From a virus, in the IMG/VR virus record IMGVR_UViG_3300017784_007549, positions 45,313 through 109,312 of that record: 64,000 nt of DNA; one strand, 5' to 3'. This document shows positions 38,292-49,208 of the stretch, in pieces. The position numbers and the translations under genes were made by a program. A model generated the notes under the pieces. The model was not told where the DNA came from, did not search any database, and was given only the letters and a program-made list of their open reading frames with translations. Numbering within the stretch: the stretch's first letter is position 1; each line of letters opens with the position of its first letter.

Positions 38292-39591
38292 ATTTAATTA
38301 AAACACTCTCGATATAAGATATATTTTCCTCAGAAATAGTTGGCGCGCATCCAACAAAGAACACTAGGTCAAGGACTTTATTAGATTCTGGGTATAGTTT
38401 ATAGTTATCTAAATGTTTATAGCCATTATGCATTAACAAATTTCCAGCAAAATAGTTTCTAGTTTGTATACCGTTTGATTCAAGATAGGAAACTAATTTT
38501 TGTTTTTGTTCTTTATTATCACAAATCAATGGTACTCCAAAAGGAGTCCATTCTGTTTGTTCTAGAATATTAATCGATCTAATATTTTTGATATTCTGAA
38601 TGAATAAATTTGAAATCTTTTGACAATTTTTATTTCTAGTTTCGCAAATAAAATCTAATTTTTTAAGTTGTTCTAGACCAATTGCTCCTTGTAAATCTAA
38701 AGGTTTTAAATTGTAACCAATTCTATTAAATACATACTTATGATCTATAATAATTTCTGGAAAGTCTTTTAACCAATTAGAAAATCTCTTACCGCAAGAA
38801 CCATTCGCTAATAAATTGCAAGTTCCAACGCAATAACAATCGCGACCCCAAGTAGCATAACTTCGAGCCAATTGAACTATCTCTTCGTTATTCGAAGAAA
38901 CCATTCCTCCTTCTAAGGTGGTAATTTCATGAGCAGGATAAAATGAGCAAGATGAAACTTCTGCATATTCATTTAAATATTTACCGTCCCATTTCGATCC
39001 TAAGGAGTCACAATTATCTAAAAGTAATTTTATATTATTAGATTGTACAATATCAAGTAATTTGTCCATGTCTGGTGGATTACCTAAAACTGGCGATAAA
39101 AACGTCGCTACCGTTTTACTTGTTATTTTTTCTTCTATTTTATTGATATCGTAATTTAAAGTATTCCATTCAATATCAACAAATACTGGCTTTAGCCCAT
39201 TTTGTATAATAGCAGAAACAGTGGTTGGAAATCCTACAGCAGATACAATAATTTCATCTCCATCTTTCCATTTGTAATATTCCTTACAAGCCGCAATTAT
39301 TAATAGATTCGCAGAAGAACCAGAATTAGTAAAAAATGAATACTTTTGATTTATTTTTTTACTAAATTCCTTTTCAAATTTAGCGCACACCTCGCCGCTT
39401 GAACTCCATTTACCAAAAAGTAATGTTTCTATTGCAGCGCAAATTTCATTATTATCAAAATATGCTCCAGAATAGTATACTTTATTTTTTAATTCTGGAT
39501 TTAAATTATGAGCAAATTTAGGTAAAAAACCATACTTTTCTACCATTTGACTTATAAAATATTTAATGTCTTCTTTATATGAATTTTCCAT
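38281..39591 (-). CDS. rfbH: NDP-4-keto-6-deoxyglucose 3-dehydratase (RfbH/DdhC-like)
   Basis: NSGSSANL, DNCDSLG, SFYPAHEITT (His in place of Lys), WGRDCYC Fe-S cysteines, DHKY. Confidence 0.88.
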   Translation of the reverse strand: MENSYKEDIKYFISQMVEKYGFLPKFAHNLNPELKNKVYYSGAYFDNNEICAAIETLLFGKWSSSGEVCAKFEKEFSKKINQKYSFFTNSGSSANLLIIAACKEYYKWKDGDEIIVSAVGFPTTVSAIIQNGLKPVFVDIEWNTLNYDINKIEEKITSKTVATFLSPVLGNPPDMDKLLDIVQSNNIKLLLDNCDSLGSKWDGKYLNEYAEVSSCSFYPAHEITTLEGGMVSSNNEEIVQLARSYATWGRDCYCVGTCNLLANGSCGKRFSNWLKDFPEIIIDHKYVFNRIGYNLKPLDLQGAIGLEQLKKLDFICETRNKNCQKISNLFIQNIKNIRSINILEQTEWTPFGVPLICDNKEQKQKLVSYLESNGIQTRNYFAGNLLMHNGYKHLDNYKLYPESNKVLDLVFFVGCAPTISEENISYIESVLIKYEQ

Positions 39592-40264
39592 TTAATACCT
39601 CTTTGCATTTTTCGACAAATAATTCCGTACTTCTTGGATCGCCTTGTTGGCTCACATGATACATTAAATCTGGACCATATGTATTTCCTAGTCCATATCT
39701 GCATCCATTATCAAGATCAGTATTTTTTACAATAGAACTAGAAGGATAGCATCCGGCGATGAAGTATCCTTTTTGTTTAGCTAAATATGTAATTTCTTCT
39801 GCGGTATCTGATCTTTCGATTTTATCATCACACGTTGGTCTACCTAATTCATTATAAAGTTTTGTAGGAAACCATATAAATGCTTGACTAACGTAAGGGT
39901 GGGGAATCATCCCGTTCGGTCCGTTTTTATGATTGCTTTGCCAGATTTGACCAGCAATTGTGATTTTATTTTTTACAAAATTATACATAATATCTATGCA
40001 TTCTTTTTTAAGAATAATTGCGTCATGGTCGCAAAACCAATAATAATCTGGCTTTATTGAATCAATTGTTGAAGATATAATCTGATCCATGCATGATCCG
40101 TGAGATACGTGTGGGAACGGACCAGTTAAATAATTAAAAGGTATATTAAAATGATCTACCATAACTTTTTTATGATAAAGCGTTACCTCCTTATTTCTAT
40201 TTTCGCCAAATAGAACTATAGGTAAAATAGTCTCATTGTTTATGTGAAGTAAATTAAAGTCCAT
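39575..40264 (-). CDS. GT-A fold glycosyltransferase-like protein
   Basis: YWFCDHDAI DxD motif, RSDTAE. Confidence 0.6.
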   Translation of the reverse strand: MDFNLLHINNETILPIVLFGENRNKEVTLYHKKVMVDHFNIPFNYLTGPFPHVSHGSCMDQIISSTIDSIKPDYYWFCDHDAIILKKECIDIMYNFVKNKITIAGQIWQSNHKNGPNGMIPHPYVSQAFIWFPTKLYNELGRPTCDDKIERSDTAEEITYLAKQKGYFIAGCYPSSSIVKNTDLDNGCRYGLGNTYGPDLMYHVSQQGDPRSTELFVEKCKEVLNGKFI

Positions 40265-41093
40265 TTAAATAATAATCTCTATATTGTTGATATTCGTTTA
40301 TTTTCTTTGGATAATGAAACCCAAAGCTTAATTTATTATTATACTCATTTAATGTAATTGGGTCAAGTGAAAATTTCATACATTGAGCTATACTGCCTAC
40401 GCCACCTTCAAGCCCATTAATTAAATGACTATAAAATAAATCCTCTGGAACTCTAGTACCTTGTGTGCCTGCTTCTCTTAATATAGATTCGCTATATATT
40501 TGACTTACTTTTTCGCAAGCACTTCTAGATCTAAAGCTGAATCCACCATTTCCGCAGTTAATTTTTGGGTATCCTGAATCCTTCCAAATATTATTTTCAT
40601 ATATTTCTATGCTTGGCGTATGACACCAACTAGACCCAACATATTTTAATTTATTATCTAACACGAAATTCTCCCAACCATTTTTAATTAAAAATCCATC
40701 TGGATGAAAGAAAAGTAAATTTTCGAATCCTTTAGGAAGATATTCCCAAATCTCTTTAAACATAAATTTAGAATATTTATCGTGGCTATCTTGGATTGGT
40801 ATTTGGATATGTTCTATTCTAGCATTTTTATATCTAGAATCATTATTTAATAAATTATTAGAATTTGGGCTAAAAACAAAAATAGGATAATTATATTCAG
40901 AAAATATTTTGAAACTATGAATTACCGCAAAGTCTTCTATAGCATTTATATCTCTATCTCTGCCTTCAAAATATATGCCACAAAAATCATTAGATGGTTG
41001 TTTAAGCCCAATCTCTTGGGTTAAAGTATCATAGCATATTTTACCAAGTAGCTCGAAATCTTCTTGGCTTCGATTTTTCGATATAAAAATCAT
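40254..41093 (-). CDS. DUF5672-like putative glycosyltransferase
   Basis: HPDGF, YVGSSW, GNGGFSFRS, PEDLFY, FGFH. Confidence 0.75.
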   Translation of the reverse strand: MIFISKNRSQEDFELLGKICYDTLTQEIGLKQPSNDFCGIYFEGRDRDINAIEDFAVIHSFKIFSEYNYPIFVFSPNSNNLLNNDSRYKNARIEHIQIPIQDSHDKYSKFMFKEIWEYLPKGFENLLFFHPDGFLIKNGWENFVLDNKLKYVGSSWCHTPSIEIYENNIWKDSGYPKINCGNGGFSFRSRSACEKVSQIYSESILREAGTQGTRVPEDLFYSHLINGLEGGVGSIAQCMKFSLDPITLNEYNNKLSFGFHYPKKINEYQQYRDYYLNGL

Positions 41094-41896
41094 TTAACTA
41101 ATGATGGATAATTGTTTTCTTTTTCTTTAGGGATTAAAAGTAAATCTTGAACCCAGTAGTTCGGTAATTTATCAAACGTTTTTAATGTATAATAATCAAC
41201 ACCAAAATAATTTTTACTTGCTAAAAATTGTAATAAGTCTTGTTCAGTTGTTGGAAACCATTCGATATGCACGATTGGTCTGAATTGATCAATATATTTT
41301 TGCATGAAAAATAATATAGGAACATCAAATCCTTCTGTATCTAATTTAACAAAATTTAAATTTTTTAAATTTAAAGTATCTAGGAATTTCTCTAATTGAA
41401 TCGTTCTGACAAATCTCTTAAGAGGGTATGTGCCAACATGATCTGTTTTATATCTCGATCCGCCAACATCATCTTGATAATTAAATTGATCAACTCCATC
41501 CTGATTGGACACTGCGTAATTATAATTTTCTATATTTAAAAAATTATTTAAAGCTGTATTGATTTGAAGCCTATGCCATGCTGGGCCACATTCAAAATTA
41601 ATGCATCTTCCATTTTTACCAGCTACCAAAGCTAATGGTAATGAGGTGTCTCCATCATACGCCCCAACATCTATTACTTCTGATCCATCTGGAATAAATT
41701 CTGCAATTTTTGTTACAAATTCAGAAAAATTTTTCATATACGGCGCATTTTCAATTTGCTCCAAAGAAAGGTGTGGGGCCCGATGTAAATATTTTATTTG
41801 ATAATTTGAATCTTTAAATTGTAAACTAAATTCTTCAATATAATTCACATCTTGAACTTGATCTATTTTTGTTATTTTTGTATTGTATTTATTCAT
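41090..41896 (-). CDS. FkbM family methyltransferase
   Basis: IDVGAYDG, VKLDTEGFD. Confidence 0.88.
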   Translation of the reverse strand: MNKYNTKITKIDQVQDVNYIEEFSLQFKDSNYQIKYLHRAPHLSLEQIENAPYMKNFSEFVTKIAEFIPDGSEVIDVGAYDGDTSLPLALVAGKNGRCINFECGPAWHRLQINTALNNFLNIENYNYAVSNQDGVDQFNYQDDVGGSRYKTDHVGTYPLKRFVRTIQLEKFLDTLNLKNLNFVKLDTEGFDVPILFFMQKYIDQFRPIVHIEWFPTTEQDLLQFLASKNYFGVDYYTLKTFDKLPNYWVQDLLLIPKEKENNYPSLVK

Positions 41897-41900
41897 AATT

Positions 41901-42713
41901 TTATATAAGTTTATTTATTGAATCCTTTATCAGCTCAAAATTAATATCTTGAATATTGTAATTCTCTAAATATATTGCGTTTGGGTTTCTTGGGGCCCTA
42001 TTTATTATAGGAGCATAAACTGGATAAGACAAACAAGAATAAAGAGCTAAAACTTTAGCTTTGTAACCAGAAGTAATCCAATTCATTCCAGTATCTGTCG
42101 TTAATAAAAACTTACAAGAAAGGGCGATTTTAATATCATCAAAAATACTTCCTCCAATTGGTTCGTATGTAGTGTTTAATCTTGGATGATCCTTTAAGCC
42201 AAGTTGAATAGTTTTTAAACCTAAAGAATGTATATAATCGATTATTTTATTTGCAAAATCTTTTGGTATATCTCTAATCGCTCCAACGCTAGAAAAACAT
42301 GTTAAAGCTACGCAGTCTTTATATTTCTCATCTAATTCGAACCATCTATTAAAAGATATTTGTAGATTTTTAGGGGGAATAAGATCATGCATCATGCAAA
42401 CTGCTTCTGTGTGATGATACTGAATGTACCAATTATCATATTTATGTTTGGGCATTGGGTTAAATACTTTGTCGAACTTTTTGTCTAAAAGGTATTGTTT
42501 ATCATTTTCACTAGGCCAATTATCGTAATTTTGCCAAATTTTAATATCATCGATTAATTCATTTTTTTCAAAAATTGGTGCAATTGATTGGTATTTTTTA
42601 TTAATTCCAAATGTTAAATGAGAATCTGGATAAGTTTCTTTGAAAGCTCTGCAAGCTATCATATTCATAGCTAAATCCCCAATTTGGCCTTGATTAAATC
42701 CTATAGCTTTCAT
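41901..42713 (-). CDS. GT9-like glycosyltransferase
   Basis: GQIGDL...FKETYPDS; LTTDTGMNW. Confidence 0.72.
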   Translation of the reverse strand: MKAIGFNQGQIGDLAMNMIACRAFKETYPDSHLTFGINKKYQSIAPIFEKNELIDDIKIWQNYDNWPSENDKQYLLDKKFDKVFNPMPKHKYDNWYIQYHHTEAVCMMHDLIPPKNLQISFNRWFELDEKYKDCVALTCFSSVGAIRDIPKDFANKIIDYIHSLGLKTIQLGLKDHPRLNTTYEPIGGSIFDDIKIALSCKFLLTTDTGMNWITSGYKAKVLALYSCLSYPVYAPIINRAPRNPNAIYLENYNIQDINFELIKDSINKLI

Positions 42714-43478
42714 TTAATTTTCGTAATATATAGTAGGTAATTCTTGCTTTATTTTCGAATAAAAGTCTTTATCAAAATCTAGCTTATTTTCATCATAGTT
42801 CCATTTATAACCACAGTATCCGAAATGCTTTATTTGATATTCATATTTATCTTTACCATTTTCATGTAGCCAAGTCATATGTTTAATATGAGCAATATCT
42901 TTGGGTATTTCTAGTTTACTTAAATCTTTATAATTAAATTTATTATTATTTGCATCTTTATATAAAATATCATTGTCCCAATAAAAAGAATCAATACTTA
43001 AATCATTAAATTTTGTTTTAAATATCCTAGATGGACAAAACCCATCTATCCATTGTTTACCATCAAATATATAATTTTTAAAATTAATCGTATACCAAAA
43101 GTAATTATTATTTAATGTTACGAAATTTATTATATTTTGTATGTCTTGTATCGTGTAAAATTCATCTCCATCAACAAGCCAAATTAAATCACATTCTTTA
43201 ATTTTAAGATATTGCAAGCAAAGATCTCTGGCGGCGTGTTCTTTTATGTATAGGGGATTTGTAAAAACATAATCTATTTTTTTATTTTTATAAAATTCTA
43301 TTAAAGCTTCTGTTGTTCCGTCACCGTCTTTATTGATTTCATAATATTCAAAAAATGGTAATGATACAGCGCAGATTTCATTTATAATTCCTTGTTCTTT
43401 AGCTTGTATGAATGAATTTAAACTTTGATTTAAATATTTTAAACAATTAAAGGCGCAATAAATTATTCCTATTTTCAT
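42714..43478 (-). CDS. GT2-like glycosyltransferase
   Basis: DGDGT, WLVDGDEFY. Confidence 0.75.
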   Translation of the reverse strand: MKIGIIYCAFNCLKYLNQSLNSFIQAKEQGIINEICAVSLPFFEYYEINKDGDGTTEALIEFYKNKKIDYVFTNPLYIKEHAARDLCLQYLKIKECDLIWLVDGDEFYTIQDIQNIINFVTLNNNYFWYTINFKNYIFDGKQWIDGFCPSRIFKTKFNDLSIDSFYWDNDILYKDANNNKFNYKDLSKLEIPKDIAHIKHMTWLHENGKDKYEYQIKHFGYCGYKWNYDENKLDFDKDFYSKIKQELPTIYYEN

Positions 43479-43481
43479 AAA

Positions 43482-44438
43482 TTAATCATCTTTTATATTG
43501 AATTGTTTATTGTATTTTAATATCGTTCCTAAGTAATTTTTTGGAAATCCAGATCCACCAGCAAGATAGTCTTTGAAGGAAAATGTATATCTAAGTTGGC
43601 TTCCGTCTGGTTGATAATTAACTACATCTTTCATAAAATCTTGGCCTAAAACTTCTATTTGAAATAATTCGCTTAATCTAAATTCAAGTTCTACCATGTC
43701 TACGAAATATTCTTCTGGAACCACTTCTTTATTTTTGATTTTAGTCATGTACTTAACCATATCATCTAAATTAGATATATCTAAGTTTAGTTTATATTTG
43801 CAATATATTTGGAATTTTCTTCTAAGTGTTTCATGGTGATTTACAATTTCTTGTCCATATTTACCATAAACTAATTGGATATCATTACCTAAATAATAAC
43901 AAAGATAATATTTTGATCCGTTTATTGATCCAAAATACTTTGGTGTGTCTTTCCTTTTATTAATAATATATTTATCTTTATCATCCATTGTAATGATTCG
44001 GCCACTTATATTATTTAAACCCCAATGAACTGCGCCGTGAAACTCCATGTATGGATTATATTTAAAAATATATGGTCTTTGATCCCAGTAAAGTGCGCCT
44101 ATTTCATTTTGTTCAAAATCATTTAATATACTTGGTAACTCTGAAATAAATTCATCGGTCATTGATTCTGGTGAGTCTAAATAAACGCAATATTGTCCAT
44201 TTTTAATTCCACCATAAAAAAGAAGATGGTTCATTAAAAATCCATGATTAGGAGTCCAATTCTGAGTTATAACTCTACCATTACCTTTATTTGCTTCTAA
44301 TAACTCTATTGTTCCATCATTACTAGGCAAATTAACAAGAGATACAATTCCGTCAAAAGTAGGATAAATATTCCTTATCATTAAAGAGATATGTTGCTTG
44401 CGCTCTTGAGTCATTGTGAGCAAAATAGGTTTTAACAT
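43482..44438 (-). CDS. GT2-like glycosyltransferase
   Basis: SNDGTIELL, YLDSPE, FHGAVHW. Confidence 0.6.
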   Translation of the reverse strand: MLKPILLTMTQERKQHISLMIRNIYPTFDGIVSLVNLPSNDGTIELLEANKGNGRVITQNWTPNHGFLMNHLLFYGGIKNGQYCVYLDSPESMTDEFISELPSILNDFEQNEIGALYWDQRPYIFKYNPYMEFHGAVHWGLNNISGRIITMDDKDKYIINKRKDTPKYFGSINGSKYYLCYYLGNDIQLVYGKYGQEIVNHHETLRRKFQIYCKYKLNLDISNLDDMVKYMTKIKNKEVVPEEYFVDMVELEFRLSELFQIEVLGQDFMKDVVNYQPDGSQLRYTFSFKDYLAGGSGFPKNYLGTILKYNKQFNIKDD

Positions 44439-44445
44439 ATATTGT

Positions 44446-44474
44446 ATTATATATGTTATTTATATGCTATGCAA
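44446..44474 (-). promoter_or_regulatory. sigma70-type promoter, leaderless
   Basis: TTGCAT-17 nt-TATAAT, then 7 nt to ATG. Confidence 0.7.
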
Positions 44475-44477
44475 TAT

Positions 44478-45356
44478 TTATTTTAAACTATTAAAAGCTT
44501 CTACAATATTTTGTGCAATTTTTGATTTATCAAAAAAACTAATATAGTCTTTGGCATGATTTCTTGTAATATCTAAGTAGTATTTATAATTATATTCAAT
44601 CTCCAAAACTTTTCCTGCGATAGAATAAGCATTTGGATCGCATGTTAATTTAAAATCCCAAAATTCTAGGGCTGTTTCATTATCATTAGATAGTATAGGT
44701 ATACAATTACATATAGATGCTTCTATTGGTGGTAAACCTATGCCTTCTACAAAACTTGGAAATATAATATATTTAGACCTATTGTATAATTCGTTTAAAG
44801 TAGAGTCATCTACGATTCCCTTATATATTCCAAAAGATGGGTTATCTGGTCCTACTGTAGTTAATTTATTTGGATCGAATTTTGTAAGATTAAAAAAATC
44901 TTTTATTAATGAAAATCTTTTATTAGGGTCATTGGCGCGACCAACATATAAAAATGGTATATCTTTTTTGGAGTTAAGATTGCTTACTTGTTTAATAGCA
45001 TCATAAATGACATAGCTATCTAAACCTAAATAACTCTTAATGTTATTTTTAACTGTTTGACTATTGCTTAGAATCGAATCTGCCCTAAGAAGCTTTTCTT
45101 TAGTTTTGTTTAAATCAAAAAATTGAGTATTAAATAAATGAATTGGCAAATCTAAAACTTTTTGAAAATATTTAGTGTTAGGATATTTTTGTTTAAATTC
45201 ATAAGCTTTATCTATTTCTGTAAAATCATGAGAATATATAAAATCTGGATTTTCTTCAACAATTTGATGTCCTAAAGAAATTAAAGATTCTTCTATTCTT
45301 GAGATTTGATCAAGGTTCTGACTTCTCCATCCAAATGTTTTAATTCTTAAAGACAT
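44478..45356 (-). CDS. GT4 family glycosyltransferase
   Basis: LYVGR...K, FPSFVEGIGLPPIEA. Confidence 0.88.
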   Translation of the reverse strand: MSLRIKTFGWRSQNLDQISRIEESLISLGHQIVEENPDFIYSHDFTEIDKAYEFKQKYPNTKYFQKVLDLPIHLFNTQFFDLNKTKEKLLRADSILSNSQTVKNNIKSYLGLDSYVIYDAIKQVSNLNSKKDIPFLYVGRANDPNKRFSLIKDFFNLTKFDPNKLTTVGPDNPSFGIYKGIVDDSTLNELYNRSKYIIFPSFVEGIGLPPIEASICNCIPILSNDNETALEFWDFKLTCDPNAYSIAGKVLEIEYNYKYYLDITRNHAKDYISFFDKSKIAQNIVEAFNSLK

Positions 45357-45707
45357 TTATTTATTATAACCTATTTTTATTTCTGTTATTTCTGCGTTAA
45401 AAAACACTTTTTGTAAATTTACTTTACTTGTATATCTTTCGTAATTAGCAGAATCTACTTGTTTGGCTAGTCCATTATCTTTTTGAGCTTTATCCACCAA
45501 ATCAAAAACTTTTTTATTTGTTATAATTAAGTTTTGATATTGTTTACTTTTTAATATAGTATTTATTTTCTCTGAACCAATTTGAGTCTCTATCTCGTTG
45601 TATAACTTTATATAATTATCATTTTTTTTATTTAAAAATGAATTTTTAACTTCTAAAATAGCGAGCATATCAAAAGCATAACCATAATCTACAGAAATTT
45701 TTAACAT
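45357..45707 (-). CDS. DUF6165-like helical protein (start revised to ATG 45707)
   Basis: ISVDYGYAFDMLAILEVK...NYERYTSK...EIK pattern. Confidence 0.55.
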   Translation of the reverse strand: MLKISVDYGYAFDMLAILEVKNSFLNKKNDNYIKLYNEIETQIGSEKINTILKSKQYQNLIITNKKVFDLVDKAQKDNGLAKQVDSANYERYTSKVNLQKVFFNAEITEIKIGYNK

Positions 45708-45708
45708 T

Positions 45709-46398
45709 TTATTCTCCAAAAAATGGGTCTTTACCATTTCTGCCTTCATGATGTCTTCCATCTGAAATTCCGAGATGAATAAATTCTATATTTGTTTTTA
45801 CTAATCTTGGGTGATTTTCTGGATCTGGTCTAGGACACCATAATTTAAGAAAATCAATATCCACTTCGCTAGCTGAATTACTATCTTTATATAAATTATT
45901 TATTCCATGATATCTTGCTATATCACTATTTAAGTTTACACATTGAAAAAATCCACATCCAGTTCCATCTATTGACTCGAAAGATTCTTTATCCTTAATT
46001 CCATTGATAAAATCATTATAATCGTTATATGTTGGTATAAATATTCTATAAGATCCATAAAATTTATTTATATCTGCGGTGTTAACATCTAATAATTCTC
46101 TAAAATTATTTGGCATGATAATGTCTGAATCTAAAAATACAACCCAGTCCTTGAATTTTAAATTATGTATAGCAAAATTTATAGCCCCGCCTTTATTAAA
46201 TTTAGCATTATTTTTATAAAAATCTGGATATATTAAACAATTGACATCATGCTTTTTGCACAAATCTTGAGTTTTATTATCGTCTAAAGATGTAACGATG
46301 ATAATATTATCAAAGTGTTTATTATTTAAAGGTAATGTAATCTCTAAAAAATCTGAATAATTTTTACAAACAATAATTAATTCTATTTTTTTGTTCAT
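45709..46398 (-). CDS. GT2-like glycosyltransferase
   Basis: FNKGGAIN, WVVFLDSDII, GFFQ. Confidence 0.78.
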   Translation of the reverse strand: MNKKIELIIVCKNYSDFLEITLPLNNKHFDNIIIVTSLDDNKTQDLCKKHDVNCLIYPDFYKNNAKFNKGGAINFAIHNLKFKDWVVFLDSDIIMPNNFRELLDVNTADINKFYGSYRIFIPTYNDYNDFINGIKDKESFESIDGTGCGFFQCVNLNSDIARYHGINNLYKDSNSASEVDIDFLKLWCPRPDPENHPRLVKTNIEFIHLGISDGRHHEGRNGKDPFFGE

Positions 46399-47021
46399 TT
46401 TGGGTGAAGAGCTAAAAATCCTTGGGCAATAGTTATCACTTGTGAAGTGTGACTATTTTTAAATAGCTCAATTGCTTTATTTAAAATTGTTCTATACTCT
46501 GGTGGAACAGCATCTGGTCCAAGTCTAGCTACAGAATCTTCATAACGATCCTGATTATCATATAGCATTGCATCGTCTAGAAGAATAAAATCTTTCGCTC
46601 CTTTATCTGTTCTGAGTTCTTTAATAATTTTTAATTCGTTTAAAGCTGGTAATCTAGTTTCTGGATCACCATCAGAATGTTTCGTGAGAGGTTTATGGCC
46701 AAGATTGTAATCGCTATTCGCAAAATGACTATCTAACCAAAAGAAAATTGGATCATTTAATGATAATCTTGGAAGTATTGATTTTAACAAATCTGGTCCT
46801 TCTGCATGAAAAATATTTACTCGACCATCAAAAGAAAACGTTCTTTTAGAGTGTTCTGCTAGCTCTTTGTCTATATCACATGAAATGAGTATTTTTTGTC
46901 CATATTCGGGTTGAATCATTCTCATTAAACCTGATCCTAATCCAGTACCAGTTTCAAAAAAAATTCTAGTATTATATTTAAAAATCCAATCAATTGTTTG
47001 AATATCTCTTAATGCACTCAT
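46395..47021 (-). CDS. SAM-dependent methyltransferase-like protein
   Basis: FETGTGLG, FFWLDSH, ILLDD. Confidence 0.7.
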   Translation of the reverse strand: MSALRDIQTIDWIFKYNTRIFFETGTGLGSGLMRMIQPEYGQKILISCDIDKELAEHSKRTFSFDGRVNIFHAEGPDLLKSILPRLSLNDPIFFWLDSHFANSDYNLGHKPLTKHSDGDPETRLPALNELKIIKELRTDKGAKDFILLDDAMLYDNQDRYEDSVARLGPDAVPPEYRTILNKAIELFKNSHTSQVITIAQGFLALHPK

Positions 47022-47032
47022 AGTTCTCCTTA

Positions 47033-47557
47033 TTATTTATTTATTGTTGCCCAACTTTCATGGGATGTAAAAACTAAATCTAGGGAACAAGACGCTATTG
47101 CGTTTTGAACTGAACTCCAGCTCAAATCGTGTCCAGCGATAATTCCATTTTTTTTAACTTTTAATCTCCATGAATTTATGTCTTTTATTACGGCTGCTTC
47201 TTGATGATTGCCATCTATATAAACAAAATCTAATGATTCATTTTCAAAATCATTCAATGCTTCTTCTCCTGTTTTCTTGATATGAATTATATTATTAATA
47301 TTAATAGTTCTATTTTTAAAAGTTTTCTCGACCTCATTAAAATCAATGCTGGAGGCTAAATCGTTTTGATCATAACCATTTTGCCAAGGATCAATTGTAT
47401 AAACTTTTTTAAAATATTCGCTCATTATGACTGCATTTTCTCCAGCGAAAGTTCCAATTTCCACAGTTAAGTTCATATCTATTTTCTCTTTGGCCCATTG
47501 ATATAAATCATGGACTTCTTTAATTGAATGTTCTGGTCGCATTGTAGGTATACTCAT
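47033..47557 (-). CDS. Class I SAM methyltransferase (Methyltransf_24-like); start ATG 47557
   Basis: VEIGTFAG, DFVYIDGNH, GIIAGHD. Confidence 0.85.
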   Translation of the reverse strand: MSIPTMRPEHSIKEVHDLYQWAKEKIDMNLTVEIGTFAGENAVIMSEYFKKVYTIDPWQNGYDQNDLASSIDFNEVEKTFKNRTININNIIHIKKTGEEALNDFENESLDFVYIDGNHQEAAVIKDINSWRLKVKKNGIIAGHDLSWSSVQNAIASCSLDLVFTSHESWATINK

Positions 47558-47559
47558 AT

Positions 47560-48237
47560 TTATTGCCCCCAAACTTTAACTGGAACTGCTTTATGAGCGC
47601 GAATGATATAGTTTTTTAATTGAGATAAAGCTTGATATCTGAAATCATTATTTGAACCGCATAAGTGTACTAATAAATCTCCAGATTTATAATTATGTTT
47701 TTCGGGATCAAAATCAAAATGGAAATGAGAATTAAATTTTCTGTGACTACAAATTTGAGTTATCTGCCTATATTCAGGATTAATTTTTAAAAGTTTAATA
47801 ATTGCGTCTTGCTCCCAATACCCATTCCAATAAAACTCTTTTTGGTCATAAATATCATTTAAAAATTTTATAGTTTTTTCGTCATTCTTATAAAACATAG
47901 AACCAGTATTAATTCCATCTATAGATCCGTTTAAACTACTTAACATTACGCAATAATCATCATTTATAATATCTTCTATTTTAATTGAATGATTCATTAT
48001 CATTGTGTCTATATCCATTGTCCAAACCCAATCGTATTTTGAAATATTATCAATTGTATATTTTATTTTACCCCAAGGCGCACCTTTAGATGGATCTTGC
48101 CATTCTTCTACTATGCAATCGTATTTATGTGTTTCGCAATATTCTTTTATTATTGGCTCAACTATACTTTGTAATTCTTTGAAAGAATTACCATTATGAG
48201 ATTTATTATCGTATGTAGATACTACTAAAGCTTTCAT
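47560..48237 (-). CDS. GT34-like (GMA12/MNN10) glycosyltransferase
   Basis: WGKI, WTMDIDTMIMN, INTG, WEQDA, LVHLCG. Confidence 0.8.
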   Translation of the reverse strand: MKALVVSTYDNKSHNGNSFKELQSIVEPIIKEYCETHKYDCIVEEWQDPSKGAPWGKIKYTIDNISKYDWVWTMDIDTMIMNHSIKIEDIINDDYCVMLSSLNGSIDGINTGSMFYKNDEKTIKFLNDIYDQKEFYWNGYWEQDAIIKLLKINPEYRQITQICSHRKFNSHFHFDFDPEKHNYKSGDLLVHLCGSNNDFRYQALSQLKNYIIRAHKAVPVKVWGQ

Positions 48238-48239
48238 AT

Positions 48240-49151
48240 TTAATATTTAAAAAGAAATATATCCTTCCAATTATTATAGCCATTTTTTATTGATTCTAAA
48301 AGCTTTTTTCTATCAATTAGCGTTGTCTCTGGATTCTTTATGTTTGCTACTACAAGATTAACTAAATCTGTATATTGGGTATTAATATCAATACATTCTT
48401 CGTAATCTTCTTTCCATCTGCTGATCCAAGGAATCTTATTGAATTGAGGGTCAAGAACTAGCCTCGGAATACCCATTTGATAAGCGATATGACTTGGCCC
48501 ATTACAAGTGAATATACCATAACAACTTTTCTTTAAATATTCTAAAGAACCAGAAAAAGTAGGGTTATCATCAATTAATACATTTGATGGAAAATTAACA
48601 TCAAAATTCCCAAGGTTATTAATAGGTTTATCCCAAGCCTTAACCAAAGGAAAGTATATAGTGTAATCTGGTAAAAATTCCGCTAATAGTTTTAATAGGA
48701 TAGGTATATTATAATAAACATAACCTTCTGTGGTACTGCATAGTCCGCAATAGATAATCTTTTGTTTACTGGCAAAGTGTTTTACTAATGATCTTGTTTT
48801 TTTAATCAAAGAGATATTTAAATCATACTTCTTGTAGTCTAGAGCTAATGGATTCCTGTAAAGGAGATCTGGTACATTATATGTAATATTATTTGACCCA
48901 TAATGATCTTGTAATTCTTTTTTTAAAGAATCATCTGAGATTACGGCGTTTTCATGCGAATATCTCTCTTCTATTTTATACAGATCAAATTCATGATGAA
49001 AAACGCTATATAACGGTTCAAAAACGGTTTGTCTAGTAGATATTAAATTGATATGAGGAACATCTTTTTGTTTTAATAGATAAGATATCTGCAAAGAGAG
49101 GATACAGTCTCCTAGACCATGTCCGCCTATATTTATTAATTTAGAATCCAC
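48240..49151 (-). CDS. GT9-like glycosyltransferase
   Basis: GLGDCIL; CNGPSHIAYQMGIP. Confidence 0.65.
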   Translation of the reverse strand: MDSKLINIGGHGLGDCILSLQISYLLKQKDVPHINLISTRQTVFEPLYSVFHHEFDLYKIEERYSHENAVISDDSLKKELQDHYGSNNITYNVPDLLYRNPLALDYKKYDLNISLIKKTRSLVKHFASKQKIIYCGLCSTTEGYVYYNIPILLKLLAEFLPDYTIYFPLVKAWDKPINNLGNFDVNFPSNVLIDDNPTFSGSLEYLKKSCYGIFTCNGPSHIAYQMGIPRLVLDPQFNKIPWISRWKEDYEECIDINTQYTDLVNLVVANIKNPETTLIDRKKLLESIKNGYNNWKDIFLFKY

Positions 49152-49157
49152 CTAAGT

Positions 49158-49186
49158 ATTGTAGGTGAATTTTATAAAGAAGTCAA
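49158..49186 (-). promoter_or_regulatory. sigma70-type promoter, leaderless
   Basis: TTGACT-17 nt-TACAAT, then 6 nt to GTG. Confidence 0.7.
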
Positions 49187-49208
49187 TTAACAAATATTCA
49201 AACCAATG